Source: a bacterium
Lineage (GTDB): Bacteria; Hinthialibacterota; Hinthialibacteria; Hinthialibacterales; Hinthialibacteraceae
Direction of reading: 5' to 3'
Assembly (NCBI GenBank): GCA_963663405.2
Contig: CAXXSM010000042.1
Location: forward strand, 8,008-72,007
DNA length: 64,000 nucleotides
Shown here one piece after another: positions 52,128 through 61,430 of this stretch; the stretch's first letter is position 1, and each line of letters starts with the position of its first letter. The position numbers and the translations under genes are program-made. A model generated the notes under the pieces. That model searched no databases, was not told where the DNA came from, and saw nothing but the letters and a program-made list of their open reading frames with translations.

Positions 52128-53405
52128 ATGAAAAAGAATACGATCTCACGCCGCCGCTTTCTGAGCCAGGCCGCGCGATACACTGGCGCGGCGGCGGTTT
52201 TCACAATTGTTCCCCGGAGCGTTCTCGCCGCATCGGGATCTATCGCCCCCAGCGACACGTTAACGAAGGCGGTCGTCGGCGTCGGCGGTATGGGAACCGG
52301 GCATCTTCGATATCAAGGCTCGAAACTGTTGGCTGTTTGTGATGTAGATGAAAATCATTTACAGCGAGCGCTTGATCGCACGGATGACGACGTCAAAGGC
52401 TACAAGGATTTCCGTGAAGTGCTCGAACGGCCGGACATCGATATCATTCACATCCCCACGCCCCCTCATTGGCACGCTCTGATCTCCATCGCCGCCGCTG
52501 AAGCGGGGAAAGATATCTGGTGTGAAAAACCGATGTCCCGCACGATCGGTGAAGGCAAAAAAGTTGTCGAAGCCGTCCAACGAAACGGGCGGATTTTCCG
52601 GATCAATACCTGGTTCCGTTTTAAAGATTCGTTCTATGGTTTCAACACCCCGGTCAAACCGATCCGGAAGCTGGTTGAAAGCGGGATGCTGGGTTGGCCG
52701 TTGAAAGCGACGATTAATGGACATACCGGCTTCGATTGGAAATTTTATTGGAGCGGCCGGATCGATTTAAAACCGGAACCGGTTCCAGAACAGCTTGATT
52801 ACGATTTCTGGCTTGGACCAGCTCCCTATAAACCTTACCATCCACATCGGACACATGGAACTTTCCGGGGTTACTGGGATTATGATGGAGGCGGCCTGGG
52901 CGATATGGGACAGCATTACCTCGATCCAGTCCAGTACATTCTCGGTAAAGATGACACCAGCCCTGTCCAGATCGAAGTGGACGCGCCGCAACAACACCCC
53001 GACGCCGTCAGTTCCTGGCGCCGGATCACTCTTCGATACGCCGACGGTTGTCAGATCATTCTCGATGGGGAGAACAAAGAGAAAAACGCCGCTTTTCTCG
53101 AAGGCCCCGAAGGGAAATTGTATAAAGGCTTTGAATCGGACATACCAAAAATAAAAGAGAAACTGGCTGCGTTCCCCGATCCGGAACCCCAATTGACAGA
53201 TTTCAGCGAAGCCGTAAGAACCCGCCGGAAATTCGCTTTGGACGAAGTGAAAGCGCATCGTTCCTGCACACTTGTCAATCTTGGAAAAATCGCGGTTCGT
53301 CTGGGACGAGACCTGCAATATGATCCGGATCAGCAGCGGTTTATCGGCGATGAAGCCGCCAACCGTCTGATCGATCAACCCATGCGCGCGCCTTGGTATA
53401 TATAA
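52128..53405 (+). CDS. Gfo/Idh/MocA family oxidoreductase, Tat-exported
   Basis: SRRRFL, VGVGGMG, TPPHWH, WCEKP, DMGQH. Confidence 0.93.
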   Translation: MKKNTISRRRFLSQAARYTGAAAVFTIVPRSVLAASGSIAPSDTLTKAVVGVGGMGTGHLRYQGSKLLAVCDVDENHLQRALDRTDDDVKGYKDFREVLERPDIDIIHIPTPPHWHALISIAAAEAGKDIWCEKPMSRTIGEGKKVVEAVQRNGRIFRINTWFRFKDSFYGFNTPVKPIRKLVESGMLGWPLKATINGHTGFDWKFYWSGRIDLKPEPVPEQLDYDFWLGPAPYKPYHPHRTHGTFRGYWDYDGGGLGDMGQHYLDPVQYILGKDDTSPVQIEVDAPQQHPDAVSSWRRITLRYADGCQIILDGENKEKNAAFLEGPEGKLYKGFESDIPKIKEKLAAFPDPEPQLTDFSEAVRTRRKFALDEVKAHRSCTLVNLGKIAVRLGRDLQYDPDQQRFIGDEAANRLIDQPMRAPWYI

Positions 53406-53453
53406 CGTGAATCCCAGCCGAATTCGGCGTACTGAACTTTTGGAGATATAGAA

Positions 53454-56201
53454 ATGAGACATCAATTAATCAAAACCGCGTTGACGGTTTTCGCGATTTT
53501 AATCCTCGTGGCTTCCCTGTTTCCCGCGTTTGCGGAGGATGCCGCGACATTAGATTTATTGAAAAAAATGCCCGCGCAGAACGCCACGGAAAGCAGTCAA
53601 TTATTTTCCGCCTGCATTCAACGCGATCCTGAAACGATTCAGCAACTTTGCGAATTGATCGTCCCCCCCGGTGGGGAAGATGATTCGAAAGCGCGATTCG
53701 CGTTGAGCGGATTGGCGAAATACGCCAGCCGTCCCGGCGCTGAAAACGATCGCCAAACAGTTTCTAAAATCTTTCTCAATGCTCTAGAGAACGCGCAGAA
53801 CGCTGAAGTGAAAGCGTTTTTTATCCGGCAGTTACAAGTCGTTGGCAAAGAGGAAGCCGTTGGCCCGCTTAGCGCGTATCTTGCGGATGAACGGCTTTGC
53901 GATCCGGCGGTTCAAGCCTTGCTGACGATCCATCAACCGCGTGTGACCCAGGCTCTTCGAAACGCCCTTCTATCCGCGGAGGGCTCCAACCTGATCGCCA
54001 TCATCAAGGCTCTCGGAACGCTTCGAAGCGCCGCCGCCGCGCGTGAACTGATTCCCTTCGTGAACAGCGGGGACCGGGAGACACGGCTCGCCGCGTTGTA
54101 CGCCATTGCGAATATCGCCGATCGATCCGCCGCCCGTGTCTTGGCTAAAGCCGCCCAGGTGGAATCTCCATACGAACGAGCCAAAGCCACATCGGCGTAT
54201 CTGCTCTATGCCCAAAGGCTATGTGAAGCGCAGCATGTTAATGAGTGCGCTGCGGTCTGCCGCGAGTTAATAAAAACACGAACCAATCCTTTAGAAGCGA
54301 ATGTTCGATGTTCGGCGTTGAGTCTTCTTGTCTCCGCATTGGAAGATGAATCGCTCCCCTGTTTGATCAAAGCGATGGACAGCCCATGCGCCGAATACCG
54401 CACGGCCGCCTTAAAACTAGCGGATCGCATTGATGGGAGTGACGTGACTCAACAATGGATCACAAAAATGAGCCAAATAGATCCCCCCGCCCAGACGGAA
54501 ATCCTCGCGATGTTAGGCCGGCGCGGTGACTCGCAGGCGCTTCCTGTTGTCTTGCAAGCGCTGCGGGATCGGGACGTGGACGTCCGGTTGACCGCTATGG
54601 ACGCTGCTGTTCGATTGGGCGCAGAAGACGCGCTGCCTTCCTTGCTTTTGGCCATGAGATCTGCTGAAGAGAAGAGTGAGATCCAAGCCCTTCAATCCGC
54701 GTTGCTGCGTTTACCTGGAAAAGAAGCCGCCGCAGGCGCCGCAGACGCGCTTCTTACTGTTTCTCCCGCATGCCGGGTGGCCTTGCTCGAAGTGTTGGGC
54801 GAACGGAGAGCAGTGGCTCAACTTGAATGCGTCTTCAGCCGGACCGGTGATGAAGATCCATCCGTCCGTGTAGCGGCGATTATAGCGCTTAGCCATGTGG
54901 CGGGGGAAACGGATTTACCTAGGTTGATCGATCTCATTTTCAATGCGCCAAGCGCTATTGAACGGCGGGAAGCGCAAGCCACGACTGTATCGATCGCGAA
55001 TGAGATCGAAGAAAGCGCGCGTATGGACGCGATCGCCCAAGCGATTGAAGAAAATACAGGCGAACGGCGGGTTTACCTGCTGCAAATCCTGCCGAAAATC
55101 GCTGGTGAGAAAGCGCTCAACATCGCTTCGGAAAATACACAAAACGAAGAAAAAAACGTCCGCATCGCCGCCCTTCAAGCCTTGGCTAATTGGCCGGATG
55201 TTAACGCCTTGGAGAAATTACTCAACGTTTATAAGTACTCAGACGCCTCCAGTCAGCGGGAAACGGCACGGAATGGCTATACGCGAATCGTGGAAGCCTC
55301 TTCATTGGCGCCGGAAGAAAAAGTGTCGAAATTGGAAAACGCGTTATTCATCATGAAGAATGACGCGGATAAAAAAGCCCTTCTCGCAGCGCTGGCGAAA
55401 ATCCGTCATATTACGGCCCTTAACGTTGTGGAAACGTATTTGGATAACAAGCCTCTTTGCGAAGACGCCGCAGCGGCGATTGTCAAGATTGTCTGTCCTC
55501 CCGAAGCGGGGAAGAAGGGTTTGCATGGGATCGCGGTCTATAACGCGTTGAAGAAAGCGATTGATGTAACCGAAGACGCGCTTCTGCGCAGCGAAGCTCA
55601 GGATTATCTGGATTCTATTCCTCACCCCGATGATGAAGGCTTCATTCCCCTCTTCAATGGGAAAGATTTAACCGGATGGATCGGTGATACCAACGGCTAT
55701 ATTGTCGAAAACGATACTCTTGTCTGTAAACCCGGTGGAAACCTATACACAGATAATGAATACAGCGATTTTATCTTCCATTTCGAATTTAAACTAACAC
55801 CCGGCGCCAACAACGGCCTGGGGATTCGTACCCCTTCACATGGGGACGCGGCTTATGTGGGCATGGAACTCCAAATCATCGACAACACGGCTGCAGTCTA
55901 TAAAAATATTAAGCCTTATCAAAAGCATGGTTCCATCTACGGCGTAGTTCCCGCCAAAACTGGTTTCCTGAAGCCGGTCGGAGAATGGAATTTCGAAGAA
56001 GTGATTGCTAAGGGAAGGCGGATCAAAGTCATTCTCAATGGCGAGACAATCGTGGACGCCGATATCGATGAAGCCAGCGCGCAAGGAACGATCGACGGCC
56101 ATAATCACCCCGGCCTAAAGCGTGACAAAGGACACATTGGTTTTCTCGGTCACGGCTCCCGTGTCGAGTTTCGGAATATTTCAGTTAAGGAATTGGAATA
56201 A
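53454..56201 (+). CDS. Secreted HEAT-repeat protein with C-terminal DUF1080 (3-keto-disaccharide hydrolase-like) domain
   Basis: Many HEAT/PBS-lyase units; LFNGKDLTGW, ANNGLGIR, ELQIIDN, HGSIYG, GEWN, GHIGFLGH, FRNI. Confidence 0.9.
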   Translation: MRHQLIKTALTVFAILILVASLFPAFAEDAATLDLLKKMPAQNATESSQLFSACIQRDPETIQQLCELIVPPGGEDDSKARFALSGLAKYASRPGAENDRQTVSKIFLNALENAQNAEVKAFFIRQLQVVGKEEAVGPLSAYLADERLCDPAVQALLTIHQPRVTQALRNALLSAEGSNLIAIIKALGTLRSAAAARELIPFVNSGDRETRLAALYAIANIADRSAARVLAKAAQVESPYERAKATSAYLLYAQRLCEAQHVNECAAVCRELIKTRTNPLEANVRCSALSLLVSALEDESLPCLIKAMDSPCAEYRTAALKLADRIDGSDVTQQWITKMSQIDPPAQTEILAMLGRRGDSQALPVVLQALRDRDVDVRLTAMDAAVRLGAEDALPSLLLAMRSAEEKSEIQALQSALLRLPGKEAAAGAADALLTVSPACRVALLEVLGERRAVAQLECVFSRTGDEDPSVRVAAIIALSHVAGETDLPRLIDLIFNAPSAIERREAQATTVSIANEIEESARMDAIAQAIEENTGERRVYLLQILPKIAGEKALNIASENTQNEEKNVRIAALQALANWPDVNALEKLLNVYKYSDASSQRETARNGYTRIVEASSLAPEEKVSKLENALFIMKNDADKKALLAALAKIRHITALNVVETYLDNKPLCEDAAAAIVKIVCPPEAGKKGLHGIAVYNALKKAIDVTEDALLRSEAQDYLDSIPHPDDEGFIPLFNGKDLTGWIGDTNGYIVENDTLVCKPGGNLYTDNEYSDFIFHFEFKLTPGANNGLGIRTPSHGDAAYVGMELQIIDNTAAVYKNIKPYQKHGSIYGVVPAKTGFLKPVGEWNFEEVIAKGRRIKVILNGETIVDADIDEASAQGTIDGHNHPGLKRDKGHIGFLGHGSRVEFRNISVKELE

Positions 56202-56232
56202 TTGCTGGATTGTAGTGGAACTAAACATTACT

Positions 56233-56261
56233 GGCCCCAGGTTTGATCCTGGGGCTTTTTT
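56233..56261. terminator. Intrinsic terminator between convergent genes
   Basis: GCCCCAGG-TTTGAT-CCTGGGGC-TTTTTT. Confidence 0.85.
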
Positions 56262-56263
56262 AC

Positions 56264-58780
56264 TTACTTTTTGCCACCTAAATTCTGAAGCGCGTCAAAT
56301 AACGGGCTTAGGGCGGAGGCGATTTTTTGGAGTGTGTCCGGCTCCGGAAGAGGGGCTTTCAAATAGGTCTGGCCCGTTTTCTTGTCTTTGACAATCATAT
56401 CACTAAACGGATCGGATTCTTTTGAACCGGTTTTTTTCGATGGTTTACCTTTCTCTGGGGGGCTTTGCGCAGTCTGTAACGCCTGCCCCAGTTTACTGAA
56501 AAATTCCACGCCTGTTGAGATCAATTCCTCCCAGCCTCCTTCAGCCGGTTTGGGAGTTGTGGGAGGAGGTGTTTCTTCTCCGATGAGTTCCATTGTCTCT
56601 GGGATGGTTTCCTCATCCTTACTATCCGGGGTAGCTGTTTCTTGGTGGGGCATTGATTCGGGGATGCTGCTTGTTACCTTCTCAACTGTTTCCATGAATT
56701 TGTTAAGTTTTGATTCGCCAAGGAAGACCTGATCTTCCCCACCATCCAAGACACCGGCGAACATCGATTTCTTGAATTTTAATACCTCCAACATGCCATG
56801 TTCGATCGTTCCCTGCGCGATATAGTGAACGACGCGCACATTCCGCTTCTGACCGAGACGGTGTACCCGCCCGATCCGCTGTTCGAGCACGGCGGGATTC
56901 CAGGGCTGATCCATCACTACCACTACGGACGCGCATTGGAGATTCAATCCAACGCCTCCAGCGTCGGTCGATAGAAAAATCCGGCAGGTGGGATCGTCTC
57001 GAAACCGTTGGATCAGATCTTTCCGTTTCGGACCGGGAACGCCTCCATGATAGAAGATGTAATCCAGTTTTAACGGATCGAGTCTGTCAATGATAACTTG
57101 GTGTGTTCCGAGCCATTGGCTGAATACTACGATCTTTGTTTCCGGTTCTTCCAGCAGTTCTTGCAGCAACACAAGAAATTCATCCGCTTTGATGCCGTGG
57201 TCTGAATTTTTATCGAGCAGAAATGTGCTGTTGCACGACATGCGCATGTTCTGCAGAGCAATCATCAACCGCCGCTGATCCTTTTCCGTTAAAAAACCTA
57301 ACCGGCGCCATTTATGTACGATCCTCGCGACAATCAGCTGATTCTCCGCATGGTGATTCCATTGTTCGTCCGTCATTGGAACGAAGTGTTGTTGATCCAC
57401 CCGTTCGGGCAGTTCTTGCAGCACTTCATCTTTCGTCCGGCGAATCAAAATCGGTTCCAGTGTCTTGCCAATTTGAGAAAGGTTGTGATATCCCACGACT
57501 TTTCCCACATCATCCACTTTTTGATGGTTGGATAAAAAGCGGAATAGCGGCCCAAGGCGGTAGCGGTCGACAAACTCGACAATGGAGTGCAGTTCTTCCA
57601 ACCGGTTTTCCAGCGGCGTGCCCGTCAGCACGATCGCGTATTCCGATTGCAGGCGTTTGACACATTGCGCACGGCGTGTTTTCCAATTTTTGATCCGTTG
57701 CGCTTCATCGAGAATGATGATATCCGGCGCCCATTCTTCGATCAGATCCAAATCGTTGTGAATGACGTCGTAGTTGATGATTTTGTAGAACGAATCCAAC
57801 TGGTAAGCGGCGCGGCGCTTGGTCCGCAGGCCCTCAACCACATGGATGGAACGGGAGGTGAACCGTTCGATCTCCTGTTGCCATTGATGCTTGAGAGAAG
57901 TTGGTCCGACGACAAGAACGCGTTCGATCCCAGCGGTTTGCGCCAGAATTTCCACAGCGGCGATGGCCTGGATTGTTTTCCCCAAGCCCATGTCGTCCCC
58001 GATCAGACACCGTCCTGCCTTGGCGGCGAAGAGAGCGCCTTTGCGTTGATAAGGATACAATTCCACATTGAGAAGATTCCGGAATTGGGGGCTCGATATC
58101 CCTTTGGGAAAGCGTTTTTCAATCTGTTTACGCCGTTGCTCACCATCCCGCAGCTGCGCGGCGAATTGGAGCGCGTCTTCATAACAGCGCAGTTCATGCC
58201 CGTTCTTGGGCGCGTTGCTGACAAATGTATGGAAGCGGGAGATGGCTTTTGGTTTGAGCGCGCCTTTCTCATCAAAATACCGGGACGCGTATTTCAGCAA
58301 TTCCTCTGGGCACTCGATTCCCGGTTTGAAGCGCAATTCCCTATGGGAGCCGTAGTGGAGATACAATTCCGAATAGGTGGGATGAAATCCCTCTTCAAAC
58401 GCTTTTTTCGCGCCCCGTTTGTGTTCGAGTTTGGCCAAGGTGAATTCGATATGCTTGCAAGTGCCGAGAGTGTTGATTCGGAAGTCCGGACACGAACAAT
58501 AATTTTCCCCTAGATCCTGTCCTCGAATCGCCACACGATACGCGCCGCCTGTTTCCGGATTCTTGACGAGGAACTCGGAAAAAATCGGTTCAGAACCTAA
58601 ATTCTTTAAATCAAAATTCTGTTCCCGTCCATATTCTCTGCGCAGCCGTATCTGCCATTCTTCCAGTGACATCTCGGCTGGTTTCCGGGTACGGGGTGTT
58701 TTTTTCGGTTTCTTCGCAATCTTCTTCCCCGTGCTTTTCAGTTTCGTAATTATTTCTGTTTTTGTTTGGCTCTTTTTCAA
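56264..58780 (-). CDS. SWIM zinc finger + SNF2/DEAD-box helicase
   Basis: CSCPDF..GTCKH, DDMGLGKT, DEAQRIKN, LTGTPLEN, FSQW, WNPAVLEQRIGRVHR. Confidence 0.94.
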   Translation of the reverse strand: MKKSQTKTEIITKLKSTGKKIAKKPKKTPRTRKPAEMSLEEWQIRLRREYGREQNFDLKNLGSEPIFSEFLVKNPETGGAYRVAIRGQDLGENYCSCPDFRINTLGTCKHIEFTLAKLEHKRGAKKAFEEGFHPTYSELYLHYGSHRELRFKPGIECPEELLKYASRYFDEKGALKPKAISRFHTFVSNAPKNGHELRCYEDALQFAAQLRDGEQRRKQIEKRFPKGISSPQFRNLLNVELYPYQRKGALFAAKAGRCLIGDDMGLGKTIQAIAAVEILAQTAGIERVLVVGPTSLKHQWQQEIERFTSRSIHVVEGLRTKRRAAYQLDSFYKIINYDVIHNDLDLIEEWAPDIIILDEAQRIKNWKTRRAQCVKRLQSEYAIVLTGTPLENRLEELHSIVEFVDRYRLGPLFRFLSNHQKVDDVGKVVGYHNLSQIGKTLEPILIRRTKDEVLQELPERVDQQHFVPMTDEQWNHHAENQLIVARIVHKWRRLGFLTEKDQRRLMIALQNMRMSCNSTFLLDKNSDHGIKADEFLVLLQELLEEPETKIVVFSQWLGTHQVIIDRLDPLKLDYIFYHGGVPGPKRKDLIQRFRDDPTCRIFLSTDAGGVGLNLQCASVVVVMDQPWNPAVLEQRIGRVHRLGQKRNVRVVHYIAQGTIEHGMLEVLKFKKSMFAGVLDGGEDQVFLGESKLNKFMETVEKVTSSIPESMPHQETATPDSKDEETIPETMELIGEETPPPTTPKPAEGGWEELISTGVEFFSKLGQALQTAQSPPEKGKPSKKTGSKESDPFSDMIVKDKKTGQTYLKAPLPEPDTLQKIASALSPLFDALQNLGGKK

Positions 58781-58871
58781 CGCGACTCTCTACCTTTCGT
58801 AAAAAAATCGTTTTTAAAAGAACATAAAGATTCTATCAGATCGGACTAATTTTCCACTTTAATAAAATCAG

Positions 58872-58905
58872 ACGAGGCTCCCCTAAATAGAATAAGGAGC
58901 CTCGT
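58872..58905 (-). terminator. Hairpin downstream of the 58931-61309 gene
   Basis: ACGAGGCTCC...GGAGCCTCGT. Confidence 0.6.
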
Positions 58906-58930
58906 ATTTGTGTATAGGGTTGAAAAGCCG

Positions 58931-61309
58931 TTATTCCACTAAAAACTCAGGCGCCTCTGAATAGCCAAAATTCATGACTCCACCGGTATTCTCTTCATCT
59001 TCGGTCTGGCTTAACACATACCAGGAATAGATCGTCTGATTGGATAAGGCGGGTCCCGTGTAGGCCGCTTCGGTTCCCGTCAGATCCGTTTGAGACCAGA
59101 CCATTTCACCGCAGCGATCAATGAGAAACACGTCATACACCATTGAAGGCGTGTCTTCTGGAACGGACCAGACGAACGAAAACGGAGGGGAAATCCGTGG
59201 ATAGTCTACTGGAGATTCCAACGTCACTGGGATCGCGGCTTTCATGATTAGATTGACTTCTTTGTCTTCTCCCGGCGCCAATGTGATTAATTCACCCGCT
59301 CCATTTGTGAATTGGGTTTCTTCACTGAGCGCCGTGCATCGAACCAGATACGTTCCCGCTGGAATCTGATTGAGTTCATAACTCATGGAATAGAGATCTT
59401 CTACTTCGGATAGATCATCTCCGAATGAGATAATCGACTTGATCCATTCCATCTGCTCGCAGCCGGTTTGCGCGTCTTGGCTGTATAACACCACAGTGGC
59501 GAATACAAAATCAACCGGTTCCCCATCTTCCCGCACGAGGGAACCATACACATGCGCGCCATTCTCGCGGGGGCCTAAATCGACATTCACATTGGCTGTA
59601 TCTCGCGGCGCAGTGACGGAAATTCCCGGAACGCACACTGTTTGTAGATAAACCGTATCTCCATCTGACGTCGTGGAGTTACCGAAAAGGTCAGTGAAAT
59701 CGGGTATATCAGGAAAATCGGGTATGTCGGGAATATCAGGAAAATCAGGTATATCAGGGAAGTCGGGAAAATCCGCCGGTTCCATCGGCTTGAATTGAAC
59801 GTCGTATGTTCCTGAAGGCAAGTCCGGTGATGGTATATTCTCCGCTCGTATCCATCAGGAATTGAACATCAAAAACCGGCTCCAAGGTTCCAGCGACATA
59901 TACCGTAGCGTCCACGGTTGTGAAAAGCGGCGCGGTATAGTCTTCGCCGTCCCAGATCTGAATCAAGCCGCTGATACTTCCCGCAGAGATAAATTGAACG
60001 CTCACCGGCGCCGCGTCTGTGAGTCCCGGCGCGGAGGCGCTTACGGTTACTTCTTCCGCCACGGAGTCATAAAGAGTGATTGTTTCACCGGATGGATTAT
60101 CAACTTGCACTTCCGTCGATTGGGCGTCATATTCAAATTGGGCGGAACCGGTCACATTGACCGTCACAGTTCTTTTCGCGGCGCCGCCTTCTGTACCCGG
60201 ATTGACGATCCGCCCATTCGCGTCGATTAGATCTACAATGATATAGACACCTCCGGTGTACATGTAATCATATTCGGATTGACTGACCGGCGATTCTGGA
60301 TCGCAGACGGTTAACCGCAATCCGGCGGCAGTGTCCGATGGCGGAGGTGTCGGTTCGGTTCCCTCCCCAGGTGTGAGAGTAATGGTCAAGAACTGGGAAT
60401 TAACGAAAGGATATTCCTGCTCGAACGGTTCGAATCCCTCTTTTTCCACCCTGTATAGTAAATGTTGATGGTTCGGGGACGCCAACGTTGATATCATGGA
60501 AAAAACTTCCATATCCATCGGTTCGTAACCGTTTGATCGAAGACGGTTACGTCTGCGCCGGCGATCGGCGATCCATCCGCTGCTGAAATGACTGTGCCAT
60601 ATAACATAAACCAGCCATTGATCGTCGTCGTAGGAGTCGGATTGGGAGGAATTGTTGGAGTTGGAGTAATGTTATCTTCATGTTCGACACTGATCGGAAC
60701 GGGATCGATTTCATCGTTGTCGAGAAACTCTCCGTTGTAACACCGGTCTGGATCAATCAGATACACGTCAAAATTATCGACGTAGACTGTGATTGTTCGT
60801 TCAACTTCGGATTATGAATTTGGAACAATGGTTGGAATCCAACGGTCGGTGGGGAATAATGCGCGGTGATGCGTTTGTATTGATGGTCGAATACCGCCCC
60901 GTTGCTTGGGCTGCTCGTGACGGACATAGAGAGCCGGTCCTTGATCGACACGCGGCGACAGTGATCGCCGCTTCCGGACCGTCGTGCGTAGAAATTACAC
61001 CGGATCACACCGCTTCGATCGGTTGGGATCGCAGGCCCAAAAACCATTACACCTTCATTGGGACCCGCGATGATAATCGCGCCGCGTCCATCCGTCGCTC
61101 CATCGAACGCGCCATCCGTTGGTATCGATCCGAACGAAATCTGCCCCTGCGGATACGCGCCAAAGCCCGGTCCCATCACGGTGAGATTGTTTTCCTCCGC
61201 TGTATTCCCGGAGAAATCAATCCGTATGGGATCATCCTGAGCCGGCGCCAAAGCTCGCGGTGATCCCAATTAGTAAAAAAACTCCATAACACCTTATAAA
61301 ACGATTCAT
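58931..61309 (-). CDS. Secreted multi-domain protein with carboxypeptidase-regulatory-like domains and Pro/Thr and PD(F/I) repeats; several frameshifts
   Basis: SD GGAGG plus ATG 61309 and a hydrophobic N-terminus; fragments 60757-61269, 60494-60766, 59754-60518 and 58931-59821 join (GTVISAADGSPIAGADV; GEYTITGL|PSGTYDV). Confidence 0.7.
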
Positions 61310-61430
61310 TACGGTTCCTCCCAAAAGACTCTGCTTTCTAAAAGGTTAATATGAAAACTATGATCAGGATATGATCAAGTAGATATTATATTTATCTTTA
61401 TGAAAAACGGCTATACATAATTTACTGATT

